The translations under genes and the position numbers were made by a program. This document shows, piece after piece, positions 55,919 to 64,000 of a stretch of DNA of 64,000 nt. How positions within the stretch are numbered: position 1 is the first letter of the stretch; each line of letters begins with the position of its first letter. Below the pieces are notes generated by a model. The model did not search any database, was not told the origin of the DNA, and saw nothing but the letters and a program-made list of their open reading frames with translations. This stretch comes from Candidatus Nomurabacteria bacterium (GTDB taxonomy: Bacteria > Patescibacteriota > Minisyncoccia > Phycocordibacterales > UBA9973): assembly GCA_052035405.1 (NCBI GenBank), contig JBPOHQ010000002.1, positions 334 through 64,333 of the forward strand, in the 5' to 3' direction.

Positions 55919-56830
55919 TTATTTTAAACTTTCTTTAATATATTTTTCTATTTTTTTATATTCAGTAGGTTTAAACCATTTTGTGTGTGAATCTCGCTTA
56001 AACCAGGTTTTCTGCCTTTTTGCATAATGATTTATCTCATTTGTGAGTTGTTCTACCATGTCTGTTTTTGTAATCTTACCTTCTAAGTGTAAAGCCATAT
56101 ATCTGTATTCTAGACCTAGTTCTTTCATACGTTTCCAAGACACCCCTTTCTTGTGTAGATATATGGCTTCTTTAAGCATACCTTTTTTTATCCTAGCTAA
56201 AAGCCTGGTGTGTATTTTTGTTTTTAGGTTTATATCATCGAGATATAAACCTATTTTAATAAATTCATACGTGGGCTTACCCTCTGTAATTTTTGGAACT
56301 GTACCAATAGACTTAGCTATTTCAATGGCTCTGATGAGTCTTACTGTATTGTTTAATTCATTTTTATTTTTAATATCTGTGGCTCGAGTCTTGTCTAGTT
56401 TTTCTAAGGTTTTAAAAAGTTTTTCTGGAGACTGTTTCCTTAAAGTTTCTCTCAGTTTTTTATTTGGTGGTACTTCTGGGAATACGGTATTGTTCACTAC
56501 TGCATCTATATAAAATCCCGTACCTCCAGTTATGATAGGAATGTTGCCCCTTTTAAAAATAAGTTCTATCTCCTTATCAGCTATTTTTTTGAAATCAGTA
56601 ACAGTAAAAACTTTTTTAGGGTTTACTACGTCCAGCAAATGGTGTTTTACACCAGACATTTCTTTTTTAGTTATTTTTCCAGTACCTAAGTCTAGTCCAG
56701 AGTATACTTGCCTTGAATCCGCAGAGATAACCTCAGCTTTGTTTTTAAATAGTCTTTTTGCTATAGAGACAGCTAAGTCACTCTTGCCGGTAGAGGTCGC
56801 TCCTAATATAACGAGTATCTTTTGTTTCAT
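55919..56830 (-). CDS. miaA: tRNA dimethylallyltransferase.
   Basis: P-loop ILGATSTGKS, SADSRQVY, GGTGFY motifs. Confidence 0.85.
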   Translation of the reverse strand: MKQKILVILGATSTGKSDLAVSIAKRLFKNKAEVISADSRQVYSGLDLGTGKITKKEMSGVKHHLLDVVNPKKVFTVTDFKKIADKEIELIFKRGNIPIITGGTGFYIDAVVNNTVFPEVPPNKKLRETLRKQSPEKLFKTLEKLDKTRATDIKNKNELNNTVRLIRAIEIAKSIGTVPKITEGKPTYEFIKIGLYLDDINLKTKIHTRLLARIKKGMLKEAIYLHKKGVSWKRMKELGLEYRYMALHLEGKITKTDMVEQLTNEINHYAKRQKTWFKRDSHTKWFKPTEYKKIEKYIKESLK

Positions 56831-56832
56831 TG

Positions 56833-56916
56833 TGCCCAGGGAGAGAATCGAACTCTCATGATGTTGCCACCAATAGATTTTGAGTCTATCGCGTCTACCA
56901 ATTCCGCCACCTGGGC
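56833..56916 (-). tRNA. tRNA-Leu (anticodon CAA), type II with a long variable arm.
   Basis: Reverse complement GCCCAGG-TG-GCGGAATTGGTAGACGC-G-ATAGA-CTCAAAA-TCTAT-TGGTGGCAACATCATG-AGAGTTCGATTCTCT-CCTGGGC-A. Confidence 0.8.
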
Positions 56917-57023
56917 ATGTAGTGAATAGTAGCCTATTTTTTTTAGTTTTTCAACTTTTTATACACAAAATTTTCTGTATCCAAGTTTTTTAAAAAAATA
57001 AAAATCATGTTAGAATAGTTTAC

Positions 57024-58073
57024 ATGTCTACATTATATTCCAACTCAATTTTCTGGATCGACACCGATAAAATAAAACCAAACCCTTATCAGCCTCGCCG
57101 AGAATTCGACGAAGCCCGTTTACAAGATTTGGCTGATTCGATTAAGCAATATGGCGTGCTGCAACCTCTTACAGTCTCTCGAGTAGAGAAAGAAAAAGAA
57201 GATGGGGGATTGATGACTGAATATGAATTGATCGCAGGAGAGCGTCGCCTGAGAGCTTCAAAACTCGCAGGTGTCTCGCAGGTGCCTGTGATTATCCGCG
57301 TCGGAGATACGTCCATGATGAAGCTTGAGCTTGCGATACTTGAGAATTTGCAGCGTGAAGATTTGAACGCTGTCGACAGGGCAAAGGCATTTCAGCGTCT
57401 CTCAGCTGAATTTAAATTCACTCATGCGGAAGTTGCAAAGAAGATGGGTAAGAGTCGTGAGTATGTATCAAATTCTCTTCGAATACTTTCTCTTCCAGAG
57501 GAGATACTTCAAGGATTATCTGAAGGAAAAATTTCCGAAGGGCATACTCGACCGCTCCTTATGCTTACTGATCATCCAGAAGAACAGATTGTTTTATTTA
57601 AAGAGATTTTATACAAAAAGATAACTGTTCGTGAAGCAGAAAAATTAGCCCGGAAGATAGCATACGATAGAGTTCGCAAGAAAGAATTTATAGCTGATCC
57701 TGCTATCACAGAGATGGAAGAAGAATTTCAGGATAAATTAGGCACTAGAGTTCATATTGAGATGAAAGAACTTGGAGGTCAGATAAAGATAGATTTCTTT
57801 TCTACTGAAGACCTACAATCTATTTTAGACCTTATAGAGAGACGTGGTGTTGCAAAGAAGCCTACAGATATGCTTGAAAAGCATATAGCTGCTACTGTGC
57901 ATAGTGTTAATTCAGAAAACATAACAATCCATACAGAAGATCAAAAGAGTATTTCTAATACTACATTAGCAAATGCAGTACCTTCGATAGAAGAACTAAT
58001 ACCAACTCCAGAAATAAAAAAAGAAGAGCCAGAGGATACGACTCTCTATAATATATCCAACTTTAGTCTTTAG
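57024..58073 (+). CDS. parB: ParB/Spo0J-like partition protein with an extended C-terminus.
   Basis: ParB N-terminal motifs (IKPNPYQPRREFD, GVLQPLTV, IAGERRLRA). HTH (HAEVAKKMGKSREYVSNSLR). Confidence 0.7.
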   Translation: MSTLYSNSIFWIDTDKIKPNPYQPRREFDEARLQDLADSIKQYGVLQPLTVSRVEKEKEDGGLMTEYELIAGERRLRASKLAGVSQVPVIIRVGDTSMMKLELAILENLQREDLNAVDRAKAFQRLSAEFKFTHAEVAKKMGKSREYVSNSLRILSLPEEILQGLSEGKISEGHTRPLLMLTDHPEEQIVLFKEILYKKITVREAEKLARKIAYDRVRKKEFIADPAITEMEEEFQDKLGTRVHIEMKELGGQIKIDFFSTEDLQSILDLIERRGVAKKPTDMLEKHIAATVHSVNSENITIHTEDQKSISNTTLANAVPSIEELIPTPEIKKEEPEDTTLYNISNFSL

Positions 58074-58075
58074 TG

Positions 58076-59557
58076 TTAAGAATTGTAATTTCTAAAATTT
58101 CTTAATCTAGAAAGTATTCCTGTATCACTTCTCTCTAAGTATGCTTTTATGTGTTTTCGGGCGAGGTTTGTTTTTGCGTGTTCAAGCCATTTTCTGGAAG
58201 GGTTAGCTTCTTTTTTTGTGATTATTTCTACAATGTCTCCATTTTTTAAAACAGAAAACATCTGAACTAGTTTTCCATTTATTTTTACGCCGGACACATG
58301 ATCTCCTATATCTGAGTGAATAGAATAAGCAAAATCAATAGGACTTGAGCCTTCAGGTAAGTCTACGACGTCACCCTTAGGTGTACGGATGAATATTCGA
58401 TCATTAAAGAAATCCATTCGTAAATGCTCAAAAAAACTTTGAGGTTTTTCTGGATTATAGTTAAGCTCTTTGAGTTGTTCTATCCATTCAAATTTACCTT
58501 GATCTTCTTTTGCTTTTTTAGACCCTTTTTCCTTGTATGCAAAGTGTGCTGCTATACCATATGCTGCTTCTGCGTGCATTTCTTTTGTTTTTATTTGTAT
58601 CTCAGCTATGCCATATTCACCTGCAAATACAGTAGTGTGTAGAGCTCTGTATCCGTTTAGTTTTGGTAGAGAAATATAATCCTTGATTCTACCTTGGAGA
58701 GGTTTCCATAGTGAATGAATAAGACCCAAAACTCTATAACAGTCTTCTATGTTTTCGACTACCACACGAAGTGCAACGATATCGTGTATTCTTTCTAAAT
58801 TCATTTCATATCGCTGAAGTTTTTTCCAGAGGCTGTACTTGGTTTTTACTCTGTGACTGATTTCTTCATAAGAGATATTATTTTCCTTTAGTAGTGTTTC
58901 TAGTTTTTCTTTTATTTGTTCTGTGTGTTTTTCAAATTCTTCTTTGCGTTCTTCTAATAGGAGACACACTTCTTGATATTCTTTAGGGTATGCAAAAGGG
59001 AATGCTGCTTCTTCTAATTCACTTTTTAATTTTCCCATTCCAAGACGATTTGCGAGCGGTGCATATATCTCAATAGATTCTAGGGCGATTCTTTTTTGTT
59101 TGTCTTCTCGGACATGTTCGAGAGTTCGCAGATTATGAAGTCTATCTGCGAATTTAATTATAACTACTCGAAGGTCATTTGCTATCGCGATAAAGAATTT
59201 ACGTAAACTTTCTACATGTCTCTCGTGTCCTCGATATTTTAACGTCCCAAGTTTTGTTACACCCTTTACTAAGAAAACAATAGTCTTACCAAACTCTCGT
59301 TCCATTTCTTCCTCAGTGATCTCTGTATCTTCGAGTACGTCATGCATGAGTCCTGCCGCAATAGTCTTGGCATCCATGCCGAGCTTAGCTAAAATTTGTG
59401 CCGTTGCGAAAACATGAATGAAATATGGTTCACCACTTTTTCGCTTCTGTCCTTCATGAGCACGCATTGCGAAGTGATAGGCCTTTTCTATGAGTGCTTC
59501 TTCTTCGGGCGACACTCCTCCTTCTATGAGTTTTATGATTTCTTTAAAGTCTGTCAT
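58076..59557 (-). CDS. rel: Short bifunctional RelA/SpoT homolog (HD hydrolase + synthetase + TGS, no ACT/RRM).
   Basis: HD motif HDVLEDT. Synthetase domain (RVK…YRALHT). C-terminal TGS-like region. 493 aa. Confidence 0.8.
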   Translation of the reverse strand: MTDFKEIIKLIEGGVSPEEEALIEKAYHFAMRAHEGQKRKSGEPYFIHVFATAQILAKLGMDAKTIAAGLMHDVLEDTEITEEEMEREFGKTIVFLVKGVTKLGTLKYRGHERHVESLRKFFIAIANDLRVVIIKFADRLHNLRTLEHVREDKQKRIALESIEIYAPLANRLGMGKLKSELEEAAFPFAYPKEYQEVCLLLEERKEEFEKHTEQIKEKLETLLKENNISYEEISHRVKTKYSLWKKLQRYEMNLERIHDIVALRVVVENIEDCYRVLGLIHSLWKPLQGRIKDYISLPKLNGYRALHTTVFAGEYGIAEIQIKTKEMHAEAAYGIAAHFAYKEKGSKKAKEDQGKFEWIEQLKELNYNPEKPQSFFEHLRMDFFNDRIFIRTPKGDVVDLPEGSSPIDFAYSIHSDIGDHVSGVKINGKLVQMFSVLKNGDIVEIITKKEANPSRKWLEHAKTNLARKHIKAYLERSDTGILSRLRNFRNYNS

Positions 59558-59716
59558 ATGGTTATTGTTAGTATAACATATTTCTTTTATCTACTAAGTG
59601 AATACAGGAGTGTCACATTGACAAAAACTATAATTTATAGTATCTTTTTAATTAATTTAACCCCAGTTTTTCCAAAAAAATTGGTTCATTCTTTGACACT
59701 ATAATTTTTAAACATC

Positions 59717-60247
59717 ATGCAAACACCCGATTTTTGCCACGACGGTTTTTGTCGTGATGGTACTTTTATTTTTTTATTCTTTGGGAGACTTGCTTCTTTC
59801 TTAAAAATTAAACTTCTACTAGGAAAACGCGTATCAGATGGTATGTGGGAACTTATTGGCGGAGGGTTTGATTTAAGAGATCTTGATGCAAAAACTGCTG
59901 TTGTCAGGGAAACCGGAGAAGAATCTGGACTAAAACTTGTTGTGGAAAAAATTATTTATTTTGCACACATGACTCAGAAGCTTCCAAAGTTTGAGAATGA
60001 AAAAGGACACGTTTTTTATTTCTTTCAAAAAGTAAATAAAAGTTTTCTCTCTCAACCCTTACTGCATTCGGAAGAGCACAGTGAACTTGCGTGGCATTCT
60101 ATTGGACAAATTTTTGAAGGAGGTGAAACTTCTTACAAGACTTCAACTCTTAGAATGATCTTGCATTTTCTTAATTATCTTTCGGATAAACAATTCCGTT
60201 TTGGAGTTTTAAAAGACAAAGTTCGTTTTCAGGGTTACGAATTTTAG
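59717..60247 (+). CDS. Degenerate Nudix-like hydrolase (start uncertain).
   Basis: GGGFDLRDLDAKTAVVRETGEESGL partially fits the Nudix box REUxEExGU. Confidence 0.35.
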   Translation: MQTPDFCHDGFCRDGTFIFLFFGRLASFLKIKLLLGKRVSDGMWELIGGGFDLRDLDAKTAVVRETGEESGLKLVVEKIIYFAHMTQKLPKFENEKGHVFYFFQKVNKSFLSQPLLHSEEHSELAWHSIGQIFEGGETSYKTSTLRMILHFLNYLSDKQFRFGVLKDKVRFQGYEF

Positions 60248-60317
60248 TTCGGACACCCAAACCAAAAAACCACACCCGTAATGGATTTAATCTGTCGCGG
60301 GTGTTATTATTTTATAC

Positions 60318-61016
60318 ATGAAATTAGTTGTATTAGCAGCAGGGAAAAGTACACGGTTTTTACCACTTACAGAACATACTCCAAAACCTTTAATCATAAT
60401 AGAAGGTAAACCTTTATCCGAGTATACACTCGACCTTTGTATTCCTCACGTAGAAGAGGTTATTTTTATAATAAATGAGTCATTGGGTTATAAAGTGGTA
60501 GAACATTTTGGGGATATATATAAGGGAGTACCTGTTAGATATGTAATCCAAAAAACCGAAATGATAAATGGGACTTTTGGAGCCTTGTTGTCTGCACGGG
60601 AATTTCTAGAAGAGGATATTTTTGCAGTTTGTAATTGTGATGATTTATATAAAAAAGAAGATATAGATAATGCATTTTTAAGTAAAGAATACGGTATGGG
60701 GCTCACAATTTCTAAAATGCCATTTCAGTATTACGGAGTTGATGTACAAGATGGATTCATACAAGGATTTCGTCGACATGAAAAGACTGATGAACTAGTC
60801 GAAGATAAATTCGTAAATGGTTTTTATATTTTATCTAAAGATATTTTTAATTTTACTCCAGTAGGACTTTCTGGCGGAGAGTTTGGATTACCTCAAACAC
60901 TTTTTGCTAATTTAGAAAAACTTCCTTTAAAGGAATTTGTTTTCACAGAATGGGTAGCAGTAAATAGCCCAGAGAATATTCCTCCAGCAATAGATTTCAT
61001 AAAGAGAAATTTCTAA
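60318..61016 (+). CDS. Sugar-phosphate nucleotidyltransferase.
   Basis: LAAGKSTRF (G-x-G-T-R motif). NTP_transferase fold length. Confidence 0.65.
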   Translation: MKLVVLAAGKSTRFLPLTEHTPKPLIIIEGKPLSEYTLDLCIPHVEEVIFIINESLGYKVVEHFGDIYKGVPVRYVIQKTEMINGTFGALLSAREFLEEDIFAVCNCDDLYKKEDIDNAFLSKEYGMGLTISKMPFQYYGVDVQDGFIQGFRRHEKTDELVEDKFVNGFYILSKDIFNFTPVGLSGGEFGLPQTLFANLEKLPLKEFVFTEWVAVNSPENIPPAIDFIKRNF

Positions 61017-61024
61017 CTATTTTA

Positions 61025-63238
61025 CTACTTTATTTGATTGAGTTTATGAGGGTTGTGGTTTGGACAGGTTTTGTTGCTACACCTTTCTGGAATGGTTTTT
61101 GTGCCTTCCATCATAAGAGATCCACACATATCACAGATGCGTCCAGTAGGCTTCGCTTTTATCGCATTTTTACAATCAGGGTAATTTGAGCAAGAGTAAA
61201 ATATTCCAAAACGTCCTTTACGCTCCATCATAAATCCTTTTTTACATGTTGGACACTGTACGTCAGTCATTTTTCTTTTTTTCTCTTCTTCGTCTTCTTT
61301 TATAAATTTACATTTTGGATATCTTGAACAAGATATAAATGTGCCTGTGCCGTCGCGTCTTTCTCTTATCACAAGTTTACCACCACCTGATTTACCTTTC
61401 TTTTCACCACAGAGAGGGCAGAGTTCACCTATTTCTTTTGGACCCTGGAGTTCTGTACCATCGAGCATGAGTGCTCCTGTGCAGTCTGGATAATCAGAAC
61501 AAGAATAAAACTTACCACCACGAGAGAGTTTGATGATCATACCCTTGCCGCATTTTGGACATTTTATGTCGTCCGGTGCATCTCCTAAGTCCGTTGCTTT
61601 TGCGAGCTTATCTTTCTCTTTGATTTCTTTCAAGAATGGACCATAGAAATCTTTCAGTATTTTTTCGTATTTACTTTCTCCTCGAGATATCTCGTCGAGC
61701 TGATCTTCCATTCCTGCAGTGAAAGTGTCTGATATATATTCAGCAAAGTTTTTCTCTAAGAAGTCTGATACTACTTCACCTGTATCAGTAGGGAAAAGGG
61801 TCTTACCTTCTTTCTTTACGTATCCACGATCTTCGATAGTACGCATGATAGATGCGTAGGTAGACGGGCGACCAATGCCGCGTTCTTCGAGTTCTTTCAC
61901 AAGTCCTGCTTCACTGTACCTACTTGGGGGTTCTGTAAATTTCTCCACACTTTGTAGTTCTAACAATTTTATCTTTTCTCCTACAACACAAACTGGGAGC
62001 TCTACGTCTTCACCACGAGCATCCGGCTCGGCTTTAAGCCATCCAGGAAAAAGGAGCCTCGAACCGTTTGCAGAAAAAGCAGGTAGAGACTTGTCATCTT
62101 CTATGATTGCAGAGATTTTAGTCTTTGAAAGTTTTGCGTCGGTCATCTGACTTGAAACTGTACGTTCCCAGATCAGTCTGTAGAGTTTTTGCTGTTCTTC
62201 TGTGCCTGCATGAGCTACATGTATATGAGTAGGACGGATAGCTTCGTGAGCTTCTTGAGCGTTTTTTGATTTTGTTTTATAAACTCTTGCTTCTGCGTAC
62301 TCTGGGCCATATTCTTTTTTTACCATTCCTAGTATTTCAGCTTGAGCTGCCTGAGATAAATTTGTACTATCTGTACGCATATAGGTTATGTGTCCTGATT
62401 CGTAGAGTTTTTGTGCGAGCTGCATCGTACGAGAAGGAGAGTAGCCGAGGCGAGAACTCGCTGTCTGTTGGAGAGTAGAAGTAGTGAAAGGAGCACGAGG
62501 TGAACGCTTCTGTTCAGATTCTTTGACCGCACTTACCACCCAGTCGCTTTTCTTTCCAACTTCTAATATTTTGTTAACTAATTTTTCATCACGAGGTTCT
62601 TCGTCACAAGTGAGTGTAATCTTTGCTTTTTTTAATGTCTCAAAGTCCCCAAACAATTTCCAGTATTTTTCTGGTACGAATGCACGAATCTCGCGTTCTC
62701 TCTCCATGATGATGCGAAGTGCAGGAGACTGCACTCGCCCAGCAGAGAGTCCGTAGCGAACCTTTTTCCAGATGATTCCTGATAGGTCGTAGCCTACGAG
62801 TCGGTCGAGGACACGACGAGCTTCTTGAGCTTTCCTTAAATTAGTATCTATCTCACGAGGTTCCTTTAATGCTTCTTCGACAGCTTCTTTTGTGATCTCA
62901 TGAAATGTAACTCTTTGAATAGGAGCTTTTACTTTTTTGTCGGCTTTGAGCAATTCATCTATATGCCAGGCTATCGCTTCTCCTTCACGGTCGGGGTCAG
63001 TCGCAAGCAATATTGAAGTAGCTTTTTCGGCTAGACTTTGGAGCTCATGGACTACTTTTTCTTTGCCTTTACTTATCTCATAGTGTGGGATAAAACCGCC
63101 TTCTATGTCTATTGCTTGTTTATTTGATTTTGGTAAGTCTCGTATATGTCCTACGGACGCACGCACGGTAAAAGCTCCCTCGAGGTACTTTTCAATAGTC
63201 TTTGCCTTTGATGGAGACTCAACAATCAGTAATTTCAT
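61025..63238 (-). CDS. topA: DNA topoisomerase I with multiple C-terminal zinc ribbons.
   Basis: Toprim N-terminus (LLIVESPSKAKTI). Active-site Tyr region. Three or more CxxC…CxxC ribbons. Confidence 0.9.
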   Translation of the reverse strand: MKLLIVESPSKAKTIEKYLEGAFTVRASVGHIRDLPKSNKQAIDIEGGFIPHYEISKGKEKVVHELQSLAEKATSILLATDPDREGEAIAWHIDELLKADKKVKAPIQRVTFHEITKEAVEEALKEPREIDTNLRKAQEARRVLDRLVGYDLSGIIWKKVRYGLSAGRVQSPALRIIMEREREIRAFVPEKYWKLFGDFETLKKAKITLTCDEEPRDEKLVNKILEVGKKSDWVVSAVKESEQKRSPRAPFTTSTLQQTASSRLGYSPSRTMQLAQKLYESGHITYMRTDSTNLSQAAQAEILGMVKKEYGPEYAEARVYKTKSKNAQEAHEAIRPTHIHVAHAGTEEQQKLYRLIWERTVSSQMTDAKLSKTKISAIIEDDKSLPAFSANGSRLLFPGWLKAEPDARGEDVELPVCVVGEKIKLLELQSVEKFTEPPSRYSEAGLVKELEERGIGRPSTYASIMRTIEDRGYVKKEGKTLFPTDTGEVVSDFLEKNFAEYISDTFTAGMEDQLDEISRGESKYEKILKDFYGPFLKEIKEKDKLAKATDLGDAPDDIKCPKCGKGMIIKLSRGGKFYSCSDYPDCTGALMLDGTELQGPKEIGELCPLCGEKKGKSGGGKLVIRERRDGTGTFISCSRYPKCKFIKEDEEEKKRKMTDVQCPTCKKGFMMERKGRFGIFYSCSNYPDCKNAIKAKPTGRICDMCGSLMMEGTKTIPERCSNKTCPNHNPHKLNQIK

Positions 63239-63349
63239 TCATCCAGTATTACATGAATTATATTTTTTTAGCAAATTATCTATTAAAATGCAGGACGGAG
63301 GGGACCCCTCCGCCCCTATTAGATTTGACTAAATAGATATCTCATGTGC

Positions 63350-63378
63350 TTGACATTTAGCTATATATATGCTATATT
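63350..63378 (+). promoter_or_regulatory. Sigma-70-like promoter.
   Basis: TTGACA-N17-TATATT, about 115 nt upstream of the 63492 ORF. Confidence 0.4.
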
Positions 63379-63491
63379 ATAGGTAATCAGAGCGTTCTTT
63401 GAAAAGGCAGGATGTTGGTGGATGACCCTAGATTCTTTATGGAGTTTGAGGTAGTTCACTAACATTTTCACCAACATTATTATTTCGACCT

Positions 63492-63869
63492 ATGAAAAGC
63501 ATTATCTTTTCAATCGCACTGATCGCATTTTTCTCCTGTACTCTTAGTGCTCAATCTTTTGAAGATGTTCAATCCGAATTTGTACAAGCCAATGACAGCA
63601 GTATTATTATTGTTCAATGGGCTAACGAAAACATTTCAGAAGTTATAGCAGCAAAAGAAGCGAGGGACAATGCATCTCAGGCCTGGGAAAAAGCCTTTAT
63701 GGAAAAGGCAAACAATCAAAGTGAATTGTATCAAGTGAGAGATTCACTTAATAATGTTTACTTAAAAGTTTTATATTCCCAGCCTGTAGTAGCGAATGCG
63801 AAACAAAAAGTTACGAAAGCAAGAAATGCACTTAATCAACTACAAAATTCATTTGTAAAAAATAAGTAA
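63492..63869 (+). CDS. Hypothetical secreted protein.
   Basis: Signal peptide MKSIIFSIALIAFFSCTLSAQS. 125 aa, helical-looking. Confidence 0.45.
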   Translation: MKSIIFSIALIAFFSCTLSAQSFEDVQSEFVQANDSSIIIVQWANENISEVIAAKEARDNASQAWEKAFMEKANNQSELYQVRDSLNNVYLKVLYSQPVVANAKQKVTKARNALNQLQNSFVKNK

Positions 63870-63914
63870 ACCTTTTCCTGCCTTCATAATCCTGCCTAAA
63901 AAAACGATTTAAAA

Positions 63915-63950
63915 GACCACTCAATCTTCGGAAAGAGTGGCTTTTTTTAT
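63915..63950 (+). terminator. Rho-independent terminator.
   Basis: gaccactc-aatcttcggaaa-gagtggc hairpin followed by TTTTTTT. Confidence 0.5.
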
Positions 63951-64000
63951 TTTATTTTTTAAAGATGTTACAATGTTTGTAGATATGCAGCACAAAAAAC

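Noticed and set aside
63105-63332. 75 aa plus-strand ORF overlapping the topA start.
   Set aside because: It overlaps the topA 5' end in antisense and carries no motifs. The GC-rich palindrome there is better explained as a non-coding element.
1-64000. CRISPR arrays, IS elements, integrases and prophage genes.
   Set aside because: No regularly spaced direct repeats and no transposase or integrase-like ORFs were found on either strand.

Overview
This window is low-GC (roughly mid-30s % by eye) and densely coding, with short intergenic spacers and the standard genetic code, since TGA and TAA behave as stops in every recognisable gene. The gene content looks like a small-genome, CPR/Patescibacteria-type bacterium, but I cannot verify taxonomy from sequence alone.

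Most of the window is housekeeping:
- mltG, mnmA, a short alaS, and the infA-rpmJ-rpsM-rpsK-rpsD-rpoA-rplQ-rplM-rpsI ribosomal/RNA polymerase block.
- grpE and dnaK, then a 5.6 kb insert, then dnaJ.
- asd and lysC, a carboxynorspermidine dehydrogenase/decarboxylase pair and an agmatinase-family gene, which together look like an aspartate-semialdehyde-dependent polyamine module.
- murF, an L,D-transpeptidase, rpmG, a histidine kinase plus single-domain response regulator, engB, a cyclophilin, miaA, parB, a short rel, topA, and two tRNAs (Trp-CCA and Leu-CAA, both on the minus strand).

Three accessory regions stand out:
- Around tRNA-Trp (39.2-48.4 kb) is a defence-like island: a frameshifted NYN gene, an Smr protein, a Pif1-like helicase, TspO, a complete Type III R-M pair (mod/res), and an adjacent GIY-YIG+DUF4357-like nuclease.
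- Two paralogous TraG/VirD4/HerA-like P-loop ATPases, one with a C-terminal C4 zinc ribbon and a Pro/Glu/Lys-rich tail, sit between dnaK and dnaJ and flank rsmE.
- A PaaX-like winged-helix regulator is transcribed divergently from dnaK, with a perfect 12-6-12 palindrome overlapping the dnaK promoter. This is a non-HrcA, non-CIRCE heat-shock control candidate.

Two genes (a cupin and the NYN gene) are interrupted by single-base frameshifts at G-runs. rpmJ and rpmG are absent from the ORF track and were recovered by eye. No CRISPR array, transposase or integrase was recognised.
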